This document shows, one piece after another, positions 13,155 to 25,987 of a DNA stretch of 64,000 bases. The DNA lies in the NCBI GenBank assembly GCA_964016885.1, contig OZ024744.1:86118001-86182000 (forward strand). The letters run 5' to 3'. Below the pieces are notes generated by a model. It saw only the letters and a program-made list of their open reading frames with translations, was not told the origin of the DNA and searched no databases. Position numbers and translations under genes: made by a program. This DNA comes from Eledone cirrhosa (lineage: Eukaryota). How positions within the stretch are numbered: position 1 is the stretch's first letter; each line of letters begins with the position of its first letter.

Positions 13155-14832
13155 TTACCTCTCTGCGTCCCGGGAAACGGGCCGCTCAATTTCCATGCTG
13201 GTTGGGGATGGGTTGTTGGGTGGGGTGGTGGTTTGTGGAAGTGAAGGGGCATCGGTGTGTTGTGGGGTTGGGGTGTTTGTGGTTGAGTGGGTGTCTGGGT
13301 GGGGTGGGGGTGGGGGGAGGGGGGGGGGGGGGTGAACTTTTTTAGGAGGACGCGGTTGATTGTTTGGCGCAGGGGGGGCCCACGTCCTCCGTGAAATTTA
13401 TTTTCAGTGTTTTGTACAGTTCATTGGGACTTTTATCATTTTTAAATGAGGTAGTCCCACAGCAGTTATAAAGTTTGGCCCTTCAGTTTGGACCGAAGGG
13501 TTTGCTGAAATTGTTTTCCGTAATTCTTTGTTGTCTGTGTTCATGTATGTGTATTGTAAGGTCTTTTTTTGTGTAGCAGTTAGTGTTGTGTGACAGGGAG
13601 GGGTGGTTTGTGTGTAGTTTGTGTTCTCTTGGGGAGGGGGGGGGGGTTAACGTTAACATGTGTGTCTGTGGTGCGTCTCCTCTTCTTTCTTTTTACTTGT
13701 TGGAAGGGATCTTTTTCGTCTTGCGACGAAAGGGGTTCGTCTTCCTTGTTGGGTGGGAGGGGTATGTTTTCTGGTAGTGTTTGCGGTGTGTGTGTTTTTG
13801 TATTTGTTTTGGGTGGGGAGGGATTGGGTGAAACAGTATTCTGTGTTATTCTTTCACGTGTTTGTTGTTGTTGTTGTTGTGGTGGTGGTGGTGTGGTTGT
13901 TGGTTTTTGTTGTTGTTGTTGTTGTGGTTGTTTTTGTTGTTGTAGTTGGGGTGGTGTTGGTGTTGGTACCAGTGTTTTTTTCTGTGTGAGCTGGGGACAG
14001 GCAGCCCTCAGGTGACCTCTATTGCCACAGAGGTAACAGGAGGGACGCCTACCCTCCACAATAATGTTGAGGTGGGTACGGTCATCCAGCATGACGCGCT
14101 CAGGGATTTGGGCGATGCGTTCTGGCCTTATTTGGGTCAGAACTTCGATGCTCGTTCCACTGAACGCGTCGCCGGATGCCTTCCCTATTGAAATGAGGTT
14201 GTCCTCGTCTAAATTGAGGAAACCGGTTAGTAACCACCAGTAGTTTATGTTTGGGGTGATGGTGGTTATCCATATCCTCTGGGTTTTTTTACCCATGTAG
14301 GTGGGGAAGAAGGTGTAGTGTGTGGACCGAATTGGCGACACAGAGTATTTTTTCGCCGCCAATTCGTCTTTCATCAATATGGATAAATTCCCATAGAGTT
14401 TATCCTTTTGTATAAAAGTGATATCTCTCATCGCTTCTTTCAAGACTAACTGAATTTCCGCTTGAGATGGTTGCGCTGGTTTTTTCGTTTTATTTAAAAT
14501 TGTTCGGAATACGACAGTTCGTAATTCCGTCTGTCTTTTTAGTTCTGGAGGTGAATGTATAGAAAACGAACCGTTTTCGCCAAAAGATACATATTTCTTG
14601 GCTTTTTCCAGCATTTCTTTTGCTTTTGAAATATCTTCCAGCACATAAGCGACTGATAATTTAGCTGTTTGTGCAAAATATATTTTGTTTTCGCTTTGGA
14701 TTTTAGTATTGTTTTGTTTCTCGTCGTTTGAGTTGTTTTCATCTTTGTTGTTGTTGTTGTTGTCTTTCTCGTTTGGTGTGTGGATACTTGTGACGTTTGT
14801 GTTGTTGTTGTTTTTGTTGTCTTTATTGTTGC

Positions 14833-14876
<44 letters not shown>

Positions 14877-15058
14877 TCAAATTCTTGTGTAGTTGTGGCT
14901 ACATCTAGTGGTCGGTCAACAGGTGAAGACAATTCTTCCTCTCTCTGACCTCTGCCTTTGGCATCTGCTGCTGTGACAGTGGCAGGGGGAAGCTGTGAGT
15001 ATGACTTCCCCTTTCCTTCTTTGATTGATGGTGAAGATGCTTCAGCCATTTTTCTCAA
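13155..15058 (-). pseudogene. Tx1-type ORF1 (gag-like nucleic-acid-binding protein with CCHC zinc knuckle), probably frameshifted in its C-terminal part
   Basis: The 492-aa ORF 13580-15058 contains CYLCGNRGHLRAAC (CX2CX4HX4C) plus N/Q/P-rich low-complexity tracts. The presumed true C-terminus ...SMEIERPVSRDAER* ends at 13155, 25 nt before the ORF2 ATG. The intervening poly-C runs are likely frameshift sites. Confidence 0.8.
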
Positions 15059-15555
15059 AATAGGGTTTTTCGAAGTTTTTCAAAAGATAAAATGTTCACA
15101 ATACTATTTCGCCCAAAGGCGCAGAATATTTTGAGAGACCGACCAGATCAAAATTTGACCTGGCAGTCCCTCTACAAAATGGTACAAAAATGAAAGTTTA
15201 CAGTTTACAATTTTCGTATGAATTTAAACAAAAACTTACCGAGCGAGCTCAGCACATGTGTCCATCGTATAGATAGATAGATAGATAGATAGATGGATGA
15301 ACAGATATGCAGACAAATAAATAAAAACACATTTTTCCTACTGAGGCACACGAGTGAGAAGAACACGGCTTTGTGGTTAGTTGTTTCGATCACGATCGTA
15401 AGGTTGTCTTTTCTGTTCCTGGAGAGGCGTTGTGTCTTTAAACAAGAAATGTTATTTTTTTGTTTCTCCAGCTGGCAGAAATAAGGTTCACCGATAATCT
15501 AAACGGCCAAACCTTGTCACAAACTGCATCACGTTGAATTCATCTGAGAACTACC

Positions 15556-15781
15556 TTATCCATTTAGCATTTACATTACTCTACATATACTACTGTATTT
15601 TTGTGCTACATGCTTTATCTTACGTAATTATCTCACATGATATGGAATCTAAGAGATTCTGATATTTATTTTGAGAACAATACCTTAACATCAGTATGAG
15701 CTGCTGGTTACAGCCAGTTTGAACAGAAAGGGGCGAGAGAATTCTAGTCTAATACGGCCGGTTTAAGTGGTAAAGGGTTAA
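15556..15781. mobile_element. Decayed piggyBac-like MITE
   Basis: Right end TAAAGGGTTAA, degenerate left end TTATCCATTTA. Confidence 0.4.
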
Positions 15782-16283
15782 GAGTATATGTGTCTGTGAC
15801 ATCCTCAGTCATTTTTATTTTAATTTCACGGGCAGGCTTTTCCGTGGATCGAATCAACTGGAATCCTTGTCGATGGAACTGACGAAGATCCAACACACGC
15901 TCACAAGACAGTTATATGGGGTTATAGCTATGTATATAGGAATAACCCAATCAGAAAGAATATATCTGAACTATTTAGCATAAAATATATGATACGTATT
16001 CATGCCGTCGGCCGCATTCTGTGTAAGTGTGTGATATGCGGCAGCGCTCAATGGACTAAAAGAAGACCAGAGCAATTAACATACGTTATAGAGGCCATGT
16101 ATATATATATATAAAATTACAAGAAAAGAAGCAGGCTGTGTGGTTACTGTAAGCAATGTGTAAGATGGTAATATGGACGTAAACAAGAGAAGAAAAGAAG
16201 CTCTTCATCAGCTGTTAACTGCGGCCAAAACATCTGTGATCAGCAGTTGACAGCTGATGAAGGGCTACTTTTCTTCTCTTGTT

Positions 16284-16360
<77 letters not shown>

Positions 16361-16490
16361 CTTTATATATAACAAATAGGCTGTGGTAAGATAGCAGGTG
16401 GACCATCACGCGCCAGAGTACTCAATACTTAAGGTAGTAGAGTGGGTAATAGGAAAACACTCTTTTCCTATATATATACATATATATATA

Positions 16491-17605
16491 TAAATGAAAG
16501 GTATAGAAAATATTGTAGCAAAAAGCCAACTGTATTCCATAATATTTAAGTAAATATAGCGTAAAAATGTGAAAAATAGTTTACGTAAGATGTGGGAAAA
16601 ATAATTCAAACTCAACTCAAAAAGAATCAGGATATAGATTCATCCAACAGAATTTAGTGAAATCCAGGGAAGAATCAATCGAGCCTTAACTCATGATAAA
16701 ATAAAGTTTTAAATACTCATCCTTCAATTTGGGACAACTACAAATGATCTGTATAGTCTTGAAGACTATTTCACGAAAACTTTCAGTGGAGATGGTCACG
16801 GTTGGAATTCGATCCTCAGCAGAGCTCAACTCGATAACCAAAATTTCTCACTGGTTAATATGCCAAAAAGGGATTTAAAAACAGGCTAGTTCCCCATCAT
16901 GCGTAATTATGAAAAATAAAACGCACATGTGGAAAGACAGGACTGGTGACGTCAGAATGAGACGAATGCTTGTTTACAAGAAACAACAGTAAAAAAACAT
17001 TCCGAAAAAAACTCTACAATAAGGAGTTCAGCAAAAAGCAATATTATCGCGGTTTTTTAATAAAAAATACCGGGATTAGTCACAAATAATTTAAGCACTC
17101 TAGGAAAGAAATCCGAGTATAAATATATAAATGAAAGGTATAGAAAATATTGTAGCAAAAAGCCAACAGTATTTCATAATATATAAGTGACTATAGCGTC
17201 AAAATGGGAAAAATAGTTAACGTAAGATGTGGGAAAAATAATTCAAACTCAAGTCAAAAAGAATCAGGATATAGATTCATCCAACAGAATTTAGTGAAAT
17301 CCAGGGAAGAATCAATAGAGCCTTAACTCATGATAAAATAAAGTTTTAAATACTCATCCTTCAATTTGGGACAACTACAAATGCTCTGTATAGTCTTGAA
17401 GACTATTTTACGAAAACTATCAGTGGAGATGGTAACGGTTGGAATTCGATCCTCAGCAGAGCTCAACTCGATAACCAAAATTTCTTACTGGTTAATATGC
17501 TAAAAAGGGATTTAAAAACAGGCTAGTTCACCATCCTGCGTGATTATGAAAAATTAAACGCACATGTGGAAAGACAGGGCTGGTGACGTCTGAATGAGAC
17601 GAATA
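16491..17605 (-). repeat. Tandem duplication (period 637 bp, about 1.75 units), each unit with an HHR-like motif
   Basis: Unit starts TAAATGAAAGGTATAG at 16491 and 17128. (TA)n-flanked. A short fragment of the same family lies at 26677-26765. Confidence 0.85.
16746..16825 (-). ncRNA. Type I hammerhead-like motif (family F); the second copy at 17383-17462 has GAAA changed to AAAA
   Basis: GCTCTG-CTGAGGA-T-CGAA...TTCG-T-GAAA-TAGTCT-TCA-AGACTA-TA^CAGA(T/G)C. Confidence 0.65.
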
Positions 17606-17661
17606 TATATATATATATATATATGTATGACGAATATATATATATGTATGTATATCTGTAT

Positions 17662-18095
17662 GTAAAAGGTAAACAGAAATAACAACACAATCGGTACAGT
17701 ATATGGAGGGAATATATTAGTTTAACGCTTGAAATAGCAGGAAGGGTGGTCTTAAGGTTTTGGACGCTAGTCCTTCATCAGAAGAAATAATGATAAATTA
17801 GATAGATTGATGGGACGGGTGGGGTGGAATTAGAAAATATGTTATAAGAAAAAAATAACAGGCCCATTCATTGTTGCCTTATATATGTATGAACATTCGC
17901 TTGTAAATTGTGAGTATAATCTCACTTGATAGGATATTTATTCATTGTATTTAGTGAAAACAAACTTTACCATTGATTTTTCATGCGGGCCATCTCTGAT
18001 TCATGTTTTATCTAGAATTATATACTGCCGAGTAATATACGGCTGTAGTATTCTCTCTGTACGGCAGTTTCTGTTGGAAGGTCTATGTTATTTTC
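17662..18095 (-). mobile_element. Degenerate Penelope-like 3' remnant with a decayed minimal HHR (about 17750-17785)
   Basis: TCTT-CTGATGA-A-GGAC-TAGC-GTCC-AAAAC-CTT-AAGA, with core substitutions. Confidence 0.5.
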
Positions 18096-18273
18096 ATGTC
18101 ATACAAATGTAGTATTTTTTATTAGCTAAAGCATCCAATAGAAATTTCATACCTATTGTTTTCGTCCCATGTATATATATATATGTATATACTTGCTTAT
18201 GTATATACATATATATATATACATATATTAATGTATGTTGTATATATATATATACATACATACACACATACAT

Positions 18274-18305
<32 letters not shown>

Positions 18306-20304
18306 TTATTAAAATAACAGATTAAAGTTTAAGCAAAGAATCGCTGCTTTCACCCTTAACGGATCTTCTGAATGCTTTACGTTTCTTATATATTTGATAT
18401 ATATATATCGTTATCGAGCCCTCTTTGGATTTTAGTCTTCAAATTTATTATTATTACTATATATATATATATATAACGAAGGATGTGTGGTAAGGAACCA
18501 GGTGGACCATAACGCACCAAAGTACTCAATACTTAGGGTAGTAGAGTGGGAAATAGGAAAAAGTATGATCCCGACAGCAGAGCTCAAGCCGTTTCGACGG
18601 CTATCTCTCTATATATATATAAATATAAAAACCTCGCAAAACTAATTCATCGCCGTTATATATATATTTAGGGCGGTGGATTGGCAGTATCGGTAGAGAG
18701 TCGGACACCATGCTTTACGGTCTGAGTTCAAATCCCGCCGAGCTTCACTTTGCCTTTCATCCTTACGGGGTCGATAACATAGAGCACCATAATACACTGG
18801 GTAATTGCTGGCCTTGTGCCAAAAGTAGAAACAGTTATATATATATTTATATATATATAGTGTAGGTTTTATATATATATTTATATATATATAGTGTAGG
18901 TTTTTTTCTATTCTATTATATATGTATATACTTATATGTATGTTTGTGTTTGTGTACGTACGTATGTATATATTCATTGGCTGTTGTTGTTTTCATCTCC
19001 AAGAACATAATTTATAACGATATTCCTATATTCCTATATTCCTAAATTCCTACATTTCTATATTGCTATATTTCTATATTTTCATCGTGGTAATTCTTGT
19101 TCCACCGTTCGCTGGAGATGCCTCTTTCAATAAGATACGACACACCACCATCGGATCGGAGGAAGATATTGACATTATCAGATTATCTGAGTCTTCAATG
19201 CCTTCTATGCTGTTTTGTTATTCATGTTCTCTTGTTTCTAAATTTGTGGAATTAATAACATACGTTTTCAGTTTCTCAAAGATAAATTCTATACAAAATT
19301 TGTATTTACAAAACTCGCTGAAACCACAGAAGCGAATGGAATAGCAGAGGGGTATTATTAGTAAACATTTTTTTTTTCTTTCTATTTTATACTTTTACTG
19401 TTTTGGTTTCTATTACAAACCCCTATTGAAAAACATCTATGGAATATGGTTATTACCATCAATTAAAATGTAGTGCTTTCACTCTGTGATGGTAGAATGA
19501 TTCTTGTTTTTCTGGGTCTTTCTAAGAGAATGAATAGACACGAAATCAGTATAAGGAAAAAAATGATAGACATATCTCTGTAGAAATCACTGAACATTGA
19601 CTATCTTAATTATTAGTAAATTTCTACTCACATTCTTTGAAAAATTCCGTCTTTCTTTCTTCTCTTTTCGATCTTTCTCTCTGCCCCCCCCCCCACTCTC
19701 TTTGTTTTTCTCTTTCTCTATATCCTTTACTTTCCTCTGTTTCTCTCTCTCTCCCTCTCTCCTTTCTTTCTCTCTTCCTTTCTCCCCCTCATTATTTCTC
19801 TCTCTTTCCCTCACTCTCTTTGTTTCTCTCCTTCTCTATATTATTTTCTCTCTCTCTCCCTCTTGCTCTTTCTCCCTTTCTCTCCCTCTCACTATGTGTG
19901 ACTGTGTATGTGTGTCTCCCCATGACATCAATCATTCTTAATTATGATTTTATTGGATCCTTTAAACGACGAGATTTGCACTTTTCTCTTTCCTACTTTA
20001 CATTTACTTGCCTTTCATACATACATACATACATACATACATACATACATAAATGCATATATACATACATACATACATACATACATACATACATACATAC
20101 ATACATACATACATGCATATATACATACATACATATATACATACATACACACATGCATACATACTTACATGTATACATCTATATACACATACATATGAAC
20201 ATACATGCATATATACTTACATACTTACATACTTACATACATACAGACTTACATACAGACTTACATACGAATATACATACATATTTACATACATACATAC
20301 ATAC

Positions 20305-20335
<31 letters not shown>

Positions 20336-20374
20336 CATACATACATACATTTATACATAGACTTACATATCTAT

Positions 20375-20775
20375 GCGATGGCTGCAAACTCTGCTAAGAG
20401 TACTGCAATTGCTTGGAGGATTATAGAGTTTGGTGCACGTTTAGGCTACGGCCAGCCACACGAACCTGTAACATATCCTGAACAAGCAATGCCTGTGCTT
20501 TAAAGGTTTTTAAGTGGGGGAAAGGCCAACTCGACCAACTCGGGCCTTTAACTCCCAGGTGAAAAAAAAAAGTAGTATTTGGATGGCCGTTGACTCTGCT
20601 GAGTTCCTCCACCCTTTGCCGGGTCTTGTATTTCATCATACCGGGTGTCCAAATATCACCCTCCTCACCAAGTGAGCTAGGTGGGGTTGCCGGTTTAGTC
20701 ACCGTCGTTCGACCACCATGAGACAGCTTGTACTGGGTTAGATGTTACCAGTAGTACTCGAGAGCGACTTGACAT
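20375..20775 (-). mobile_element. Dispersed GC-richer repeat (possible LINE 5' UTR or non-autonomous element); relatives at 26095-26660 (-) and 53510-53935 (+)
   Basis: Shared CTAAACCGGCAACCCCACC...GGTGAGGAGGGTGA...AGAGTCAACGGCCATCCAAA in three places. Confidence 0.6.
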
Positions 20776-21007
20776 ACCTATATACACACCTACATACATA
20801 CACACATACATACACATATGCATACATACATATTTGTGTGTTTCTATATATATATATATCTATTATATATATATATATATAAATGACATATTAAGGAGGG
20901 AGGCTGGGTGGGTTGTAGCGTTGTAGGAAGAGCACCATGCAAGGTTAATCGCCCCTGATACGTACATCTAAACACACACGCACGTATATATCTCTCCGTC
21001 CTTAGTG

Positions 21008-21083
<76 letters not shown>

Positions 21084-21311
21084 TATCCCTCTATATATAC
21101 ATACGAATATATACGTTCTGATTCTGTGTGTACAGGAATTTTTTCCCATTATTTTCTCTCATAATAGATTTTAATTTCATATCTTATATCCAAATTAAAG
21201 ATTTCTGATGAACTGATTCAGACGCCTCTGTTAGAATTGTCTGACTTCGTGAAACCTTGGGTAATGGAGTAATTATATTGTGTTGTTTATTACATAAATA
21301 CATAAGTACAT

Positions 21312-21419
<108 letters not shown>

Positions 21420-21689
21420 ACACACACACGCTCACACACACACATATATATATATATATATGTTTATTCACATATTGTATGCATATTTACATACCTACAT
21501 ACATACATACATGGGAACATTGATGCATATACACATAAAATCCGCCCCACACGTACACACATACATACATACACTTTTGTATACATGTATTACAGCTAAA
21601 TTATTCTATCACCAAAAGACAACCGCATTCATCTTTCTGTCTCCGTAGAGCTTTTTTTTGTTAAACCTTGTACATATTGAACACAACAT

Positions 21690-22130
21690 GAAGGCGGTAC
21701 TGCTGTACAGATGTGAAACTTGGAAGACAACAAAGAAGATGCAGCAGAAGACCCAGACATTCTTCAACACCATACTGAGGTACATCTACAACATCAAATG
21801 ACTGGAGAAGATCAGAAACAAAGATATGTGGAAGTGAGCAGGACAGGAACCAGTGGCAAAGGAGATTCTGAGGAGGAAGGGGAGCTGGATTGGACATACA
21901 CTCAGGAAACTAGCATCCAACACCACACACCAAGCCCTTGTAGGGTAAGAGGAAGAGAGGCCAGCCCCGTGGAAGCTGGAGGCACATCACTTGGGAGAAA
22001 TTAAGAAAACAGGAAGCCAACTGGAGTGGAGTGGAGAGAACAGCCCATGATTGTATACGATGACGATGGAGGGTCGTCAATGGCCTATGCTCCACAGAGA
22101 GTGATGTGGTTGAATGAGGATGAGGATGAT
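21690..22130 (+). mobile_element. RTE-clade LINE 3' fragment (decayed)
   Basis: Translatable remnants VLLY..ETW, QTFFNTILRYI, WIGHTLRK, GKRKRGQPR..W. GAT/GAG-repeat tail. Confidence 0.75.
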
Positions 22131-22221
22131 ATCGAACACAATCCAGAACTTAACTCAAATAGAAAGTCAAAGTTTTCCTAGTATACTTTCGGCGGCGATA
22201 ACGTACTCCCGGATACCAAAT

Positions 22222-22625
22222 TATCATCATCGTCATCAGGTAGCCTCTGCCGAAATGAACTCAACAATTGATCTCCACGTTGGTCTGTCGTTATTGCCGT
22301 TGTCAAATCCTGGATTTCAATACCAGAATATCTGGAGATGACATCGGGGTAGGAGAGATTGCGCCCCCTGTTATTAGTGACTTCTTGTGGTTTCCAAAGC
22401 ACTAATGGGGACACAGCTTCGTAGGTGGCACGATGGCAGTGGCCGGCAAATCTTATTCTCCTTTTACCTACAATGACATATATGTGTGGGAGGCCGGTAT
22501 ATATCCCTCTCAAAGACAGTGTCGCCAGCTTATGTTATGAATGCAGGTGAGTGTAGGTGCCATCACAGCGCGTTTGTTGTTTGGATGAAAGCGTCCATGT
22601 TTCACTTCCATATAGCAAGATTATA
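22222..22625 (-). mobile_element. RTE-clade LINE 3' fragment (decayed)
   Basis: RRIRFAGHCHRA...LVLWKPQ...RGR. (GAT)n tail. Confidence 0.75.
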
Positions 22626-23247
22626 GTGGTGTTGTGTTGAATAAGCGAGAGTTTGGAATAAGCGGATGAGTGAGAATAAATGGAGAAATTAGAATAAGCA
22701 GCAGAGGGTCGGAATCGGTATTTTTTTTAGATTAACTCCATTGATTACAAAAAATAAGGAAGAACTACAATTAGTCGTTTAGTTTACATATTAAGACCGA
22801 CAACCCATCCTATTTATTTTATAGCATAAGAGATTTATAGTAATGTACATTTTTTTTTGTCACTTATGTTTATTTTTAATGTATGAAGAAAATAAAAATT
22901 AAAAATTTTCCAGAGATAGATTAACAAAATTTAATGAGATGTGGTTTGGGGTGGAAAACCTGGGTGGATTAAGTGGGGGAGGGGAAAGTTATTCGAGAAC
23001 CCCCGAGAATAATTAATTAACTAATGAATAAAGGCCAACTAGCAGTGAAACAACTATTACAAAGAGAAATAAAGTATATTTTCACGTATGTTTATGTTTA
23101 CCAGTACGTAATTACACCATCTAAAATAAATATCCTCTTATTTTCTAATTACACATTGTGTTGACGTGATTAAGTTATATACACACAAATTATATATATA
23201 TATATATATATTTCTGTGTTAATATCATAGATCTGCAACACACACAA

Positions 23248-23321
<74 letters not shown>

Positions 23322-23327
23322 ACACAG

Positions 23328-23369
<42 letters not shown>

Positions 23370-23414
23370 GCATATACATTTATGTATATATATATATTAT
23401 ATACATATATATAC

Positions 23415-23491
<77 letters not shown>

Positions 23492-23576
23492 GGTTATATT
23501 TAATTTGTTGGGATTCAACAAGCTTAAGCAATTTTATAACTGATATAAAGCACTCAACAATATAGTGGAGTAAATT

Positions 23577-23918
23577 CACAATATATTAATAAATGGAAAC
23601 TATATTTATAAAACCATATTTATTTTATTATACATATTTCAAGGGCCACCAAGGCAAATTATGGTGCACTTTCATCAGATAAAATACAGATTTGTTTTAT
23701 AAATAAATATTGACATACCCGGAAAAAAAGACAACCTTAACGGTTGGAGCTCCAACCGTTAAGGTTGTCTTTTTTTCCGGGTATGTCAATATTTATTTAT
23801 AAAACAAATCTGTATTTTATCTGATGAAAGTGCACCATAATTTGCCTTGGTGGCCCTTGAAATATGTATAATAAAATAAATATGGTTTTATAAATATAGT
23901 TTCCATTTATTAATATAT

Positions 23919-23922
<4 letters not shown>
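23577..23922. repeat. Perfect ~346-bp palindrome (axis GAGCTC, 23749/23750) of family E with two mirror-image HHRs
   Basis: The arms are reverse complements. The family also occurs at 7155-7660, 35050-35230 and 43808-44090, always bounded by (TA)n. Confidence 0.85.
23813..23878 (+). ncRNA. Minimal type I hammerhead ribozyme (family E), with a mirror copy at 23621-23686 (-)
   Basis: TATTTTAT-CTGATGA-AAG-TG-CACCA-loop-TGGTG-GCC-CTT-GAAA-T-ATGT-A-TA^ATAAAATA. 8-bp stem I. Further copies at 7556-7620 and 43983-44047. Confidence 0.75.
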
Positions 23923-23969
<47 letters not shown>

Positions 23970-24030
23970 CGGCGATGAATTTGTTTTGCATGGTTTTTGA
24001 TATGAAATCCTGGGTCGAAACAAATATTGT

Positions 24031-24675
24031 TATACTTGGGGAGGGTCATATTGCTGTAACAATATTGCGAGAAATAATTGTTTCTACTTTAGGCACAAGC
24101 CAGCAATTACCCAGTATATTACTGGTACTTTATTTTATCGACCCTGTAAGGATGAAAGACAAAGTCAACCTCGGCGGGATTTGAACTCAGATCGTAAAGG
24201 GACGTAACTATGCTTGAAAGCATGACGTCCGACTCTCTACCGATACTGCCAATTGCCAGAAATAATAACAGAACACACTCACTGTTTGGTTGGTTTTCGC
24301 TTCTGTATAATTTATATCTCCATAGTTAATTCATTTGGCCATAAATGTTTATCACTGACTGACCATCGGTCAAAATACAGATATAAATACATATATATAG
24401 TCTAACAAAGTTCTTTCGTTGCACATCTGCAACATCATCAGTGGTACTATTATCATGGTTCGCCTGCTGTATTGTATGTATTGTAATGTCTACGCCATAT
24501 ATTTATATCTGTATTTTTGACCGTTGGTCAGTCAGTGATAAACATTGAAGGCCAAATGAATTAACTATGGAGATATAAAAGATACAGAAGCGAAAACCAA
24601 TCAAACAAACCATGAGTGTGTTTTGTTATTATTTCTGGCAATATTATTACAACAATATGACCCTCCCCAAGTATA
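24031..24675 (-). mobile_element. Foldback element with a degenerate HHR core in the spacer and a SINE inserted in the left arm
   Basis: Termini TATACTTGGGGAGGGTCATATTG / CAATATGACCCTCCCCAAGTATA. Spacer (minus strand) CTGATGA-T-GTTGCA-GATG-TGCAAC-GAAA at 24414-24441. Confidence 0.72.
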
Positions 24676-24696
24676 TATATATATATATATATATAT

Positions 24697-25680
24697 AATT
24701 CATGAAAGAAGAGTGACATGGTTCGCTATACAATAGGGGCTTTACTCACATTGCTGACAATTCTTTCTTTGATCTGGTAGGTCTAGAGTTCGCTATACGC
24801 CTGATTATGCGCCAATCGATTTCCAATACTTTGTTTATAACCAGTCGTTTTCATCGTATTATTCTTATTATTATTATGAACATCTCAACGTATCCCTAAT
24901 ATTATTCATCATGTACTATATATCTACCATGCATATTTTACTATTTTATTACCTTTATTGCTTCTATTATTGTTGTTATCACTGTCTTAATTATACACGA
25001 TTTGTTATTGATACTGTGAAAACTAAACCCCCACGATTCGAACTAACAATCCCTACCTTTAGTATAGGCCACTTAAATAACGAATCTACAACTCTATTTA
25101 ACACCACATAAAAACTATCATCATCACTAAATTAATCAAACGAAAATGTTTATCTGTCAAATAAAAAATAAAAAGTAAATCTCCGGTTTATTGCCAGAAT
25201 ACCTACAGCACAGTGGATATCTCATAAATTCTGTCTCCAAGTACATCTTAGTGGTTACTGTTATCTAGTCGCCACCCAATCACTATATCTAATGTACCCT
25301 ATAGCAGTTTTCACACGTCAATTCCATACATCTGTATCATATCAGTTTGTTTAACATGCTAGATTCTTCATTATACTCTATCTCTTATTTATATTGATGT
25401 TATTATTTTAACTATCTGCTATCTAGTTATTTTATTTTATCATTGATATTATTGTTCTGGTTTAATACCACACCTATATAAAAACTATGCCTTATGTATC
25501 TTCTTCATTTCGCCCGCTCTGATGAAAACGACTGGTTATATACAAAGTATTGGAGATCGATTGGCGCATAATCAGGCGAATAGCGAACTCTAGACCTACC
25601 AGATCAAAGAAACAATTATCAGCAATGTGAATAAAGCCCTTATTGCATAGCGAACCGTGTCACTCTTCTTTCTTGAATTA
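24697..25680 (+). mobile_element. Penelope-like remnant with ~155-bp inverted terminal arms and a long-loop-II HHR-like motif (25516-25623)
   Basis: 24700-24856 is the reverse complement of about 25521-25678. GCT-CTGATGA-[83 nt]-GAAAC-AATT-(A/G)TC^AGC. Confidence 0.6.
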
Positions 25681-25845
25681 TTATTACTCCAAGTATAAAC
25701 TACATAGAAATCACCGCGAACTCGCAGCATAACTATGGAAACGTTTTGTTGAGTCAAACTAAGCCACACGTTAATACTATCAACTACACGAACTACTCCA
25801 ACTGGACTACATCTAAGTGGACTGCTATAACGATAACCTGTTATC

Positions 25846-25987
<142 letters not shown>

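Larger units (their letters stand above)
9379..15268 (-). mobile_element. Near full-length Tx1/L1-clade non-LTR retrotransposon (about 5.9 kb) inserted in a (GATA)n/(TATC)n microsatellite
   Basis: GC-rich island with ORF1 (CCHC knuckle) then ORF2 (APE endonuclease, RT, C-terminal CCHC). The 3' end reads GGTGGCAAATAAAAGAAAC and runs into (TATC)n at 9314-9378. The 5' end abuts GATA repeats at 15269-15294. Confidence 0.93.

Noticed and set aside
10015-14948. Plus-strand ORFs overlapping the Tx1 element
   Set aside because: Antisense shadows of GC-rich or low-complexity coding sequence.
16179-16286. Foldback containing CTGATGA as a hammerhead
   Set aside because: The inverted repeat is real, but no GAAA/stem III half follows on either arm.
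19063-19344. 93-aa ORF in unique sequence
   Set aside because: TTG start, and no recognisable domain or convincing splice sites.
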